A stretch of DNA of 17,521 nucleotides from assembly GCA_044346595.1 (NCBI GenBank), contig JBIIYX010000179.1, positions 1 to 17,521 on the forward strand, written 5' to 3'. A program made the translations under genes and the position numbers. Source of the stretch: Polyangiales bacterium. Its GTDB lineage: Bacteria > Myxococcota_A > Polyangia > Polyangiales > Ga0077539. Below the pieces are notes generated by a model. It was not told where the DNA came from, made no database searches, and was given only the letters and a program-made list of their open reading frames with translations. Below, piece after piece: positions 1 through 7,264 of this stretch (position 1 is the stretch's first letter; each line of letters opens with the position of its first letter).

Positions 1-746
1 GCGCACAGCGGGGCAAGCGGATCGCGAACGTCCGGGGCGGCGTCGGATCCAGCGTCGGTCGCCGCGTCCATGGAAGCCTCGACAGAAGCGTCGAAGCGGT
101 CGCTGCTCGAGGCGTCGCGCAGCGGAGCGTCGATGGGCGCGACAGCGTCGTCGAGCGAGCCGTCGACGAGCGCGCCATCGAGCGGTGCGCCGGTCCGAGG
201 GTCGACGCGCACGACGCCGGGCGGACGGTCGATGGGGATGCAACGCGCTCCCTCGGCGCAGGTGAAGTCCGAGGGGCAGATCACGCCTTCGCAGTCGCGC
301 GCGAGAAACATTGGCAGGCGCAGGGTCTGCCCTTGCGCGAAGGCCATCCTCGCCGAGCGCGAGACGAGCACCGCGCCGGTGAGCGCGTCGGTGCCGGCGA
401 TCCCTTCGACCCGCAGCTCGACGGGCGCGTCGACGGGACGGTTGGCGCTGGGGACCAAGAGCACCGAGAGCGGGATGCAATATCGTGCGCCGTCGGGCGC
501 GTCCGAACAGCCGCTGGCGCTCGCGCCTTTGAGCTCGATCGGCTGCACGATCGGGCTTCGGTCGCGCGGGTCAGTCACGACGACGCGCACCGAGCCCATG
601 TGCGACGGGACGGCGAAGTCCGTGTCGACCAGCACGACGATCTGCGTGCGCTCTGCCCGACACGCAGACGCCCCGCCGACCAACGCGAACACGGCAACCT
701 GCGCGAGAGAGCGAAAGATCCAGCTGGTCGTTTTGGGGGAAGGCAT
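1..746 (-). CDS. Secreted protein, probable lipoprotein (signal peptide MPSPKTTSWIFRSLAQVAVFALVGGASAC...). N-terminus is in the window and the C-terminus runs off the window start. Function unknown.
   Basis: The minus-strand frame has no stop codon from position 1 up to the ATG at 746..744. An in-frame stop lies upstream at 771..773, and GTG at 761 is an alternative start. The track omits it because it is open at the window edge. It has a hydrophobic N-terminal signal with a Cys in lipobox-like context, strong GC3 bias and balanced D/V/A/L composition. The opposing + ORF 70..852 is Ser/Thr/Ala/Arg-rich, typical of an antisense artefact. Confidence 0.55.
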   Translation of the reverse strand, partial: MPSPKTTSWIFRSLAQVAVFALVGGASACRAERTQIVVLVDTDFAVPSHMGSVRVVVTDPRDRSPIVQPIELKGASASGCSDAPDGARYCIPLSVLLVPSANRPVDAPVELRVEGIAGTDALTGAVLVSRSARMAFAQGQTLRLPMFLARDCEGVICPSDFTCAEGARCIPIDRPPGVVRVDPRTGAPLDGALVDGSLDDAVAPIDAPLRDASSSDRFDASVEASMDAATDAGSDAAPDVRDPLAPLC

Positions 747-899
747 GACGCGGCAACGCACGGTTGGCTGTCAAACATTCACGAAGGGTGCCGCGCGCCG
801 ACCGTTCGGTGATTCATCATACGAAACGCCGCCGCCCTGCGCGAGCGATTGATGTAAGGTGTGAGTGTTCGGCACAAGTCGAGCAAGCACTCTCGCGCC

Positions 900-2474
900 A
901 TGCCAATCCTCACCGACGAAGAACGCATCGGGACGACGCTGTCGGGCAAGTACGTGCTCGACTCGGTCATCGGTCGCGGCGGCATGGGCACCGTCTTCGC
1001 TGGGTACCATGCGCTCTCGAGCCGCGGCGTGGCGGTGAAGGTGTTGCATCCGCAGCACGTGCGAGACCCCGTCGCGGTGCGGAGGTTTCTCAACGAGGCG
1101 CGCACAGCGGCTGCGTTTCGCCACGCAAACGTGGTCGACGTGCTCGACGTCGACGTGCTCGAAGACGGCACGGTCTTTCTCGTGCTCGAGCTGCTCGAGG
1201 GCGAGACGCTCGGAGAGCTGCTCAACCGGGTGGGACGGCTGCCTGTCGCCGAGACGTTGTCGATCGTCGTTCCGGTGCTGCGCGCGTTGGCGCACGCGCA
1301 TCGGATCAACATCGTTCACCGCGACCTGAAGCCGGACAACATTTTTCTCACGCCCGGCGCAAAGTGCGCGTTTCCGATCATCCTCGACTTCGGCATCGCC
1401 AAGATGCTCGACGCGCCCGAGCAGAGCATCGAGACCGTCACCGGCACCATCATCGGCACGCCGCAGTACATGGCGCCCGAGCAAGCGCTGGGCAGCAGCG
1501 AAAACACCGCGCAGCTCGACGTCTACGCGATGGGCGTCGTGTTGTTCGAGTGCCTCGCCGGCGTTCGCCCCATCGACGGAAACAACCCCGCCACCGTGCT
1601 CGCCAAGCTCGTCACGGGGCAGGTCCCGACGTTGATTTCGGTCGCGCCCGACGTCTCGCCGGGCATGTCCGAGATCACCGCGAAGGCCCTCTCGACCGCG
1701 GCGCGCGATCGTTTTGTCACATGTGACGATTTCGCCGACGCGCTGCTCGCCGAGGCCAGCGCGCTCGGCGTCGCCGTCCCCATGCCGCAGCCAGGAGACA
1801 AGCTCTCGGGCGGCGAAGGCGCGCGCACCCAGCGGCTCCGCGCGATCACCGACGGCTCCGCGCGCCGCGCGATCGGCAAGCGCCGCTCCGAGCCTCCCAC
1901 GCCCACGCTGGGCGAGCACGAGCTCGCCGAGGCGCGCGCGAGCATCGCCAACTCGACCCCGTACGACGGCGTCTCCCGGCCGAACAGCACGCAGAGCACC
2001 ATGGCGCCCACGACCGCGCAGCGCGCGGTGCGCACGACGCCAGCGTCGCTGCTCGGCGCGGTGCTCGCGTTCGTCGTGGTCGGCGTCGCTGGCGTCGCCA
2101 CCATGCGACGCGAGCCAGAGCCGCAGCAGAGCGTTCGCTCGCCCACGCTGCTCGCCTCGAGCGCCGCGACCAACACCGCCGCGCGCACCAACGCGCCTGC
2201 GGTCTCCGACACGGTCGCTGCGCAAGCGACGGCAGCGCCGCAAGCGACCGTCGATGCGGGCGCGCCGTCGACGCCCACGGCAAACGCGCGGCGCCCAGGA
2301 CGGCAGCCCTCCACGAACGCGCTGTCCGCCAACGGCAGCCCGGTCGCCGCAGCACAAGCGGCCACCGCGCCCACGGTGACCTCTGCTCCGTCGACGCCCG
2401 TTGCGCAGCCCTCGACGCCGACTCGCGCGAGCAGCGGCCAGCAACGCCCCCCTGAAGTGACCAATGTCTGGTAG
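900..2474 (+). CDS. Hanks-type Ser/Thr protein kinase with a single TM helix and an Ala/Pro/Thr/Ser-rich low-complexity extracytoplasmic tail.
   Basis: Kinase motifs are present: GRGGMGTVF (Gly loop), AVK (VAIK-type Lys), HRDLKPDNIFL (catalytic loop), DFGIAK (DFG), GTPQYMAPE (APE). A TM segment ASLLGAVLAFVVVGVAGVATM follows the kinase domain, then a long A/T/P/S-rich tail. The track start is GTG 861. I prefer ATG 900 because codons 861-899 contain rare A/T-ending codons (agt, gtt, tct) unlike the body. Confidence 0.9.
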   Translation: MPILTDEERIGTTLSGKYVLDSVIGRGGMGTVFAGYHALSSRGVAVKVLHPQHVRDPVAVRRFLNEARTAAAFRHANVVDVLDVDVLEDGTVFLVLELLEGETLGELLNRVGRLPVAETLSIVVPVLRALAHAHRINIVHRDLKPDNIFLTPGAKCAFPIILDFGIAKMLDAPEQSIETVTGTIIGTPQYMAPEQALGSSENTAQLDVYAMGVVLFECLAGVRPIDGNNPATVLAKLVTGQVPTLISVAPDVSPGMSEITAKALSTAARDRFVTCDDFADALLAEASALGVAVPMPQPGDKLSGGEGARTQRLRAITDGSARRAIGKRRSEPPTPTLGEHELAEARASIANSTPYDGVSRPNSTQSTMAPTTAQRAVRTTPASLLGAVLAFVVVGVAGVATMRREPEPQQSVRSPTLLASSAATNTAARTNAPAVSDTVAAQATAAPQATVDAGAPSTPTANARRPGRQPSTNALSANGSPVAAAQAATAPTVTSAPSTPVAQPSTPTRASSGQQRPPEVTNVW

Positions 2475-3486
2475 CCCGACTCGCCCGCGCGCGCGCCTCG
2501 TGACGGCGCTCGGCGCGCTCTTGTTCGTGACGCTCTCCACGCGCGGCGCGCACGCTCAACAATCTCCCGATGCGTCGCGCACCAGCGCCGCCGCTGCGCA
2601 GTCGAGCGCCCCCGTCGATCCGACGGTGCGCGAGGCGCGCGCTGCGTTCGAGCGCGGCATCGAAATGTCCCAGCAAGAGCGTTGGGGCGAGGCGCTGGAC
2701 GCGTTTCGACGGTCGTTCGAGCTCGTCCCGCGGCCGAGCACCGCGTTCAACATGGCCTCGACGCTCGTGCGGCTCGGCCGTCACGTCGAAGCCGTCGCCG
2801 CGTACGAACACTACCTTCGCCTCGCCAACCCGACCGCCGAAGGAGCTCGCTTCACCGACGCGCAGACGCAGCTCGCCGCCGAGCGCGCGATGGTCGCGAC
2901 GCTCGAGCTCTCGATCGCGCCCGAGGGCGCCGAGCTTCGTCTCGACGGTCGACGGGTCGAAGGCCCCCTCGCCCAGCGCGCGCTCTCGGTCGACCCCGGC
3001 TCGCACACGATCGAAGTGAGCGCCGCGCGCCACCGGGCGTTCTCGACCACCGTGCGCGTCGCGAGCGGCGAGCGAAGCCCCGTGCGCGTGAGCCTCGAGG
3101 CCATCACGACCGCGCGGCTCGAAGTGCAGTGCACGGTGCCTGGCGCGGTCGTCACCGTCGACGGCGCGCCCTTCGCGCTCGGAGGCCGCGAGGTCGGAGC
3201 GGGCGCACACGAAATCAACGTCACCGCCGCGGGCTACGAGCCCTTTCGACGGCGCGTGACGCTCGCGCCCGAGTCCACGCTGCGCGTCGACGCCTCGCTC
3301 ACGCGGGTCGTGGTCGTGCGTCCGCTGCACGCCAACCCGCTGTTCTGGGTGGCGATCGCCGGCGGAACCGCGGTCATCGCGACGAGCGTCGTGCTCGGCG
3401 TGGTGTTGAGCGGGCAAGCGCCAGAGTTCGCGACGTCCACGGGCATCACGATTCAAGCGCTCAGCGGCGGGGCTGCGCGGTTCTGA
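2464..3486 (+). CDS. Signal-peptide protein with a TPR-like helical region, two PEGA domains and a C-terminal TM anchor; partner of the upstream kinase.
   Basis: N-terminal signal MSGSPTRPRARLVTALGALLFVTLSTRGAHAQQ. TPR-like repeats (WGEALDAFRRSFELVP...HVEAVAAYEHYLRLANP). First PEGA motif 'IAPEGAELRLDGRRVEG', second 'VPGAVVTVDGAPFALGG...AHEINVTAAGYEPF'. C-terminal hydrophobic helix LFWVAIAGGTAVIATSVVLGVVL. The ATG at 2464 overlaps the kinase stop (2472..2474) by 11 nt, indicating translational coupling. Confidence 0.8.
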   Translation: MSGSPTRPRARLVTALGALLFVTLSTRGAHAQQSPDASRTSAAAAQSSAPVDPTVREARAAFERGIEMSQQERWGEALDAFRRSFELVPRPSTAFNMASTLVRLGRHVEAVAAYEHYLRLANPTAEGARFTDAQTQLAAERAMVATLELSIAPEGAELRLDGRRVEGPLAQRALSVDPGSHTIEVSAARHRAFSTTVRVASGERSPVRVSLEAITTARLEVQCTVPGAVVTVDGAPFALGGREVGAGAHEINVTAAGYEPFRRRVTLAPESTLRVDASLTRVVVVRPLHANPLFWVAIAGGTAVIATSVVLGVVLSGQAPEFATSTGITIQALSGGAARF

Positions 3487-3662
3487 GCGCGCTCAGAGGG
3501 TGTTGAATTGGAGATGACTCGCGGACTGCCAAGAGACGCGAGTCGGACAAGTAATGTCCGCGCAGCAATACTGGAGGTATTGCAAGCGGGCATGACGCAG
3601 GCCGGCGACGCGGATCTGCCGCAGGCCGCAGTCAGATCCAGTTCAACACCCTCTCAGCGCTC
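3484..3662. repeat. Lower-GC structured inverted-repeat element (MITE-like, sRNA, or bidirectional terminator module) between convergent genes.
   Basis: 24-nt arms 3489..3512 (gcgctcagagggtgttgaattgga) and 3637..3660 (tccagttcaacaccctctcagcgc) are 22/24 complementary. They enclose ~125 nt containing three clean hairpins: 3516-3523/3537-3544 (8 bp), 3544-3549/3555-3560 (6 bp) and 3565-3571/3577-3583 (7 bp). A 12-nt perfect palindrome tgagcgcgctca at 3484..3495 overlaps the + gene stop. The right arm overlaps the stop codon (3654..3656) of the minus gene. GC is clearly lower than the flanks. Confidence 0.5.
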
Positions 3663-5417
3663 GCCGGTGCGGGCGCGGACGCGGGCGACCTCTCGCGAGA
3701 AGATCCTGCGCAAGATGGCGGACGCGCAGCCGTAGGTGCTCTCGACGCCGAAGTAGCTCAGCGATTTGGACAGGAGCTCCTGCCGTCGCGAGTACGGCGT
3801 ATCCGAGGCGTAGTGCACGATCCCGAGCTCGAACGGGACCGAGTTGGACAAGTGCACGATCGTGTCTGCCGGGTGGCGATCGGGAAACGCCATCTCGAAG
3901 ACGGCGCTCAAGTACGGCCCGGCTTCCATCTCGAGCACGGTGTATCCGTCGCGGTAGTACCGGCCCATGTAGTCGCGGTTCTGCAAGAACGCGCTGCGCA
4001 CGGTGAGCGCCTTCTGGCCGTCGAGCACGGTCCCGCGGCGCATGAAGGGCTCGAGGTCCGACGCGGTGAACGCGTTGCGAAACAGATAGCGGTTTCCCGA
4101 GTGCTCATCGAAGACCGTGTCCGAGAGCATCACGTCGCCGACGCGCCCGTTGAGGGTCGCGGCCTTGCCCATCACGTACACGCCGAGCAGCTCGCTCGCG
4201 CCTTGCGTGAGGCGGGTGAGCAAGTGATACGCGGCCATTCCGAGGGGATAATCGATGTTGAGCACGACGGCGTCGCTCTGCGCGAGCAGCTCGACGCCCG
4301 GGACGCGCACGCGCGGATCGAGCCGGTCGGGGCGCAGCTTCGCGAGGTCGACGAGCTGCGCGCTGACGTCCACTTTGCCTGGGCTCGGAACGGTGCGCAC
4401 GCCCGACTCGGCGTCGAACTGCTGCACCTGCAGCAAGAGCTCTTTGGTGTCGACGTCCGCCTCGTGAAGCCACGCGCGCAAGAGGTAGTACGAGAGGTTC
4501 GAGAGCGTGTCCTCGTCGCCGCCCTCGAGCGCTTGCTCGACGACCTCCGCGAGGCGCTCGGGGTTCTTGCGACGCACGAACTCGACGATCGAGTCGCGGT
4601 GCGCCCGCGCGTAGCCGCCGACGAGGTTGAGCACCGAGTGCGTGTTGGACGAGACGAAGTAGATCGGCGGGCGCTTCGGCGTGCTCTCGCGCACGTATGC
4701 GGGCTCGATGCCGCTGAACCACCGGTGCGCCGCGCGCTGATAGCCCGTGTACGTGGTCGACAGCACGCGGAGCTTCAAGTCGCTCTCTCTCGCGACGATC
4801 GCGCGCAGGCCAGCGTCGAGCTGATCGCCGAGCGCGGCGCGGATGGTCGCGATTCCGCTGGCGTCGAGCCCGAGCAGCGCAGAGAGCTCGGCGTCGTCGA
4901 TGTCGAGCGGGTCCTCGGCAGGAGCGCGCGCGATGGCGCGGCCGAGGGCGCTGTGCGCGAGGCGGTCGTGGAGCTTGTTCCACTCGATCTGGTAGGCGGT
5001 CACGATCGGGATGAGGTCGTCGAGGTCGCTGGTGCTCGTGAGAAACACCGCGAGCATGTCCGCGCCGTTGTGCCGCAAGGGTCTCCTGCGGCCGCGCGTG
5101 CGGACCTCGGCCCAGTCGCGCACCTCGAGTCCGATGGCCTCGAACTGCTCGTGCGACTGCCCGAGCACGATGCGCCCGATCGCCGGCATGCACGCGGGCA
5201 AGCGCGCCGCCGCGTACGCAAACGCGGCCACGTCCGGGACGCTGTCCCGCGCGCCGAGGTGCAGCGTCGAGTCGCTGAACGCGTGCGTCTCTTCGAAGGC
5301 GCGAACACGCACCTCGCCGGTGCTGCGCAAGAGCGAGTAGTACGTTCGGATGTAGAGCTCGACGCCGTCGCTCGCGGCTTCGAGCGGCGCGTTGGTGTTC
5401 GTGGGTCGGTCCGTCAT
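3654..5417 (-). CDS. Hypothetical two-domain protein: unknown ~330-aa N-terminal region plus a C-terminal nucleoside phosphorylase family-1 (PNP/UDP/MTAN-like) domain, possibly a nucleosidase.
   Basis: The C-terminal part carries the three hallmark PNP_UDP_1 motifs. 'VVLNIDYPLGMA' corresponds to VVLMPGDPLRA of DeoD. 'GKAATLNGRVGDVMLSDTVFDEHSG' corresponds to GSAGGL...VGDIVVSDEARYHD of Pfs. 'VLEMEAGPYLSA' corresponds to VEMEAAA. The track ORF starts at 5471, but the first 18 codons have poor GC3 (gga, cct, cgt, cca, tca), so the ATG at 5417 (MTDRPTNT...) is preferred. The domain assignment is by motif memory, not a search. Confidence 0.7.
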   Translation of the reverse strand: MTDRPTNTNAPLEAASDGVELYIRTYYSLLRSTGEVRVRAFEETHAFSDSTLHLGARDSVPDVAAFAYAAARLPACMPAIGRIVLGQSHEQFEAIGLEVRDWAEVRTRGRRRPLRHNGADMLAVFLTSTSDLDDLIPIVTAYQIEWNKLHDRLAHSALGRAIARAPAEDPLDIDDAELSALLGLDASGIATIRAALGDQLDAGLRAIVARESDLKLRVLSTTYTGYQRAAHRWFSGIEPAYVRESTPKRPPIYFVSSNTHSVLNLVGGYARAHRDSIVEFVRRKNPERLAEVVEQALEGGDEDTLSNLSYYLLRAWLHEADVDTKELLLQVQQFDAESGVRTVPSPGKVDVSAQLVDLAKLRPDRLDPRVRVPGVELLAQSDAVVLNIDYPLGMAAYHLLTRLTQGASELLGVYVMGKAATLNGRVGDVMLSDTVFDEHSGNRYLFRNAFTASDLEPFMRRGTVLDGQKALTVRSAFLQNRDYMGRYYRDGYTVLEMEAGPYLSAVFEMAFPDRHPADTIVHLSNSVPFELGIVHYASDTPYSRRQELLSKSLSYFGVESTYGCASAILRRIFSREVARVRARTGER

Positions 5418-5590
5418 CGTGTGTGATGGACGAGGGTCGCAGACCGTGGCGAGCGCGGCCAACTTTCCCATCGCCCCGAAAGGACCGAAAATCGAACTGC
5501 TGAGCGCTCTGCAATCGTGATACGCAAAGACGTCGGTCGGCAGGTCGAGCGAGTCTGTGCCGCGCGGCAGAAACAGGGCAGGCAGTCACG

Positions 5591-6118
5591 ATGGGTTTCG
5601 ATCCGAATGGTGGGCAAGGCGGACAAGGCGGCCAAGGCGGCGGATGGCCTTCACCCCCACAGCAGGGCGGCGCGTGGGGACAACCGCAACCACAGCAAGG
5701 CATCGCGCCGTACCAGCAGCAACAGGGCTACCCACAGCAACAGGGCTACCCACAGCAGCAGGGCTACGCACAGCAGCAGGGCTACCCGCAGCAAGGGCAG
5801 TTTGGTCAGCCGCAGCAGCAGTGGGGCGCGCCGCCGCCGATCAACATCATCGTTCAGAACACCAACCAGAACACCAACGTCGCGATGGGCGGCGGCGGGT
5901 TCGCGTACCCGCCAAAGTCCAAGACGACCGCGCTGCTGCTCGCGATCGTGCCGGGGCTCTTCGGGCTGTGCGGATTTCACAGCTTCTATGCAGGCAAGCC
6001 GATGACCGGGTTGCTGCAGCTGTTTACGCTGGGCGGCTGCGGCGTCTGGCATCTCATCGACGTCGTGACGCTGTCGATCGGCAGCTATCGAGACAGCAAC
6101 GGTCAGCCGTTGGTGTGA
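5591..6118 (+). CDS. TM2-domain membrane protein with an N-terminal Gly/Gln/Pro-rich low-complexity (prion-like) region containing (QQQGYP)x4.
   Basis: The C-terminal 'LLLAIVPGLFGLCGFHSFYAGKPMTGLLQLFTLGGCGVWHLIDVVTL' matches the TM2 domain pattern: two TM helices, a G-[HD]-[RS]-F-Y-[LA]-G motif and a G-[IV]-W-x-[LI]-[IL]-D motif. The N-terminus MGFDPNGGQGG is shared with the downstream paralogue. Confidence 0.85.
   Translation: MGFDPNGGQGGQGGQGGGWPSPPQQGGAWGQPQPQQGIAPYQQQQGYPQQQGYPQQQGYAQQQGYPQQGQFGQPQQQWGAPPPINIIVQNTNQNTNVAMGGGGFAYPPKSKTTALLLAIVPGLFGLCGFHSFYAGKPMTGLLQLFTLGGCGVWHLIDVVTLSIGSYRDSNGQPLV
5717..5788 (+). repeat. Four tandem in-frame 18-nt repeats (cagcaacagggctaccca and variants) encoding QQQGYP.
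   Basis: Units at 5717-5734, 5735-5752, 5753-5770 and 5771-5788. The first two are identical and the others differ by 1-2 nt. Confidence 0.8.
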
Positions 6119-6408
6119 TCGCTGATCGAGCGACGCGCGCAAGGCCGCCGACGCTCGATGTGGGGCGCCATCGATCCGTCGAGAACTTTTCGAATCGCCG
6201 CGAACTGAGGCACGGTGCGGGTCCGTCGTCGTCGCCGCTTCGAGCCGATCGCTGTTGGTCGTCGCGAGCGCGCCGTCGACCGACGTGAACGAGAGACGTG
6301 CGCGCATTGGCGCGGGAGCTCCCGAGAGATTCGCGCGCGTCAGATCGACACGTGTGCGATGCTCTTTCGCGAGCAGTCGCACAGTTTCGTGCAGGAGGAA
6401 GTAGACAG

Positions 6409-7257
6409 ATGGGATTCGATCCGAACGGTGGTCAGGGTGGCGGAGGCTGGCCGCCTGGCGGTGGTGGCGGCGGTGGACAGGGAGGATGGCCTCCCCCCGG
6501 TGGCGCTCCGCCCGCGCAGGGTGGTGGCTTCAATCCGACGCCGCCCGCGCAGGGTGGCTTCGGTGCGCCTCCGCCCGCACAGGGTGGCTTCGGCGCTCCT
6601 CCGCAGGGGGGTGGTTTCGGTGCGCCTCCGCCCGCGCAGGGCGGCTTCGGTGCGCCTCCGCAGGGCGGCGCGTTCGGCGCTCCGCAGCAGGGTGGCTTCG
6701 GCGCTCCTGCGGCCGCTCCGCAGGGCGGCTTCGGCGCGCCCGGCGGCTTCGGCGCGGCGCCCGGCGGCATGGGCATGGTCCCCGCGGGCGGCGGCTTCGG
6801 CGCGCCCGGCGCGATGTCGCCCGGCGGCGTGAGCGACAAGGACCAGGCCACGGCGTTCTTGCTCGCGGCGTTCTTGGGGACGATGGGCGCGGACCGCTTC
6901 TATCTCGGTCAGACCAACCTCGGCATCGCCAAGCTCCTCACCGGTGGAGGCTGCGGCATCTGGGCGATCTACGACCTCGTCATGATCGGCATGGGCAAGA
7001 TGCGCGACGCGCAGGGACGCGCGCTTCGCACCGAGCCCATCGTCGGGACGCCCACGCGCCAGCAGTCGACGGCGTTCTTGCTCTCGTGGCTCGGCGGCTT
7101 CTTCGGTGCCGACCGCTTCTACCTCGGCCAGACAGGGCTCGGCATCGCCAAGCTCCTCACTGGTGGAGGCTGCGGCATCTGGTTCTTGATCGACTACATC
7201 ATGATCGGCATGGGCAAGATGAAGGACGCCCAGGGCAACTCGCTCCTCCCGGAGTGA
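6409..7257 (+). CDS. Paralogous protein with two tandem TM2 domains and an N-terminal Gly/Pro/Ala-rich low-complexity region ((PPAQGGFGAP)n).
   Basis: Two TM2 units: 'ATAFLLAAFLGTMGADRFYLGQTNLGIAKLLTGGGCGIWAIYDLVMIGMGKM' and 'STAFLLSWLGGFFGADRFYLGQTGLGIAKLLTGGGCGIWFLIDYIMIGMGKM'. I take the start as ATG 6409 rather than track start 6298. The encoded N-terminus MGFDPNGGQGG is identical to the upstream paralogue's, and the DNA is near-identical. A strong SD 'aggagga' (6393..6399) lies 9 nt upstream. Confidence 0.85.
   Translation: MGFDPNGGQGGGGWPPGGGGGGGQGGWPPPGGAPPAQGGGFNPTPPAQGGFGAPPPAQGGFGAPPQGGGFGAPPPAQGGFGAPPQGGAFGAPQQGGFGAPAAAPQGGFGAPGGFGAAPGGMGMVPAGGGFGAPGAMSPGGVSDKDQATAFLLAAFLGTMGADRFYLGQTNLGIAKLLTGGGCGIWAIYDLVMIGMGKMRDAQGRALRTEPIVGTPTRQQSTAFLLSWLGGFFGADRFYLGQTGLGIAKLLTGGGCGIWFLIDYIMIGMGKMKDAQGNSLLPE
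6541..6690 (+). repeat. Tandem ~30-nt (27-30) in-frame repeats ccgcccgcgcagggtggcttcggtgcgcct encoding PPAQGGFGAP. A degenerate continuation runs to about 6800.
   Basis: Units at 6541-6570, 6571-6600, 6601-6627 and 6628-6657, then increasingly diverged copies (GGFGAP repeated about 10 times at protein level). Confidence 0.8.
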
Positions 7258-7264
7258 GCGCGCG

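Noticed and set aside
70-852. 260-aa + ORF
   Set aside because: Ser/Thr/Ala/Arg-rich low-complexity. The opposite strand encodes a protein with a proper signal peptide and GC3 bias, so this is judged antisense. The alternative remains possible at low probability.
771-3456. 589-aa and 536-aa minus-strand ORFs (771..2540, 1846..3456), and 1523..2464 -
   Set aside because: Antisense or alternate frames over the kinase/PEGA genes, which have unambiguous catalytic motifs on the + strand.
3632-3652. tRNA-like T-loop resemblance (agttcaacacc)
   Set aside because: It lacks the GTTCRANYC consensus and no cloverleaf (acceptor/D/anticodon arms) can be drawn. It is part of the inverted-repeat arm.
3508-3735. 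75-aa + ORF starting inside the inverted-repeat element
   Set aside because: It lies within the structured non-coding element and overlaps the 3' end of the minus gene. It has no SD and is probably spurious.
3813-5703. 537-aa + ORF (3813..5426) and 532-aa - ORF (4105..5703)
   Set aside because: Alternate frames overlapping the PNP-like gene. Extreme Arg/Ala/Pro content and no motifs.
6298-6408. N-terminal extension of the second TM2 gene from track start 6298
   Set aside because: The downstream ATG at 6409 has a strong SD and reproduces the paralogue's N-terminus exactly. The 37-codon extension is Arg-rich and unconserved.
6541-6800. Possible CRISPR array
   Set aside because: The repeats are contiguous with no unique spacers, are in-frame inside a coding region, and translate to PPAQGGFGAP units. 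This is a coding minisatellite, not CRISPR.
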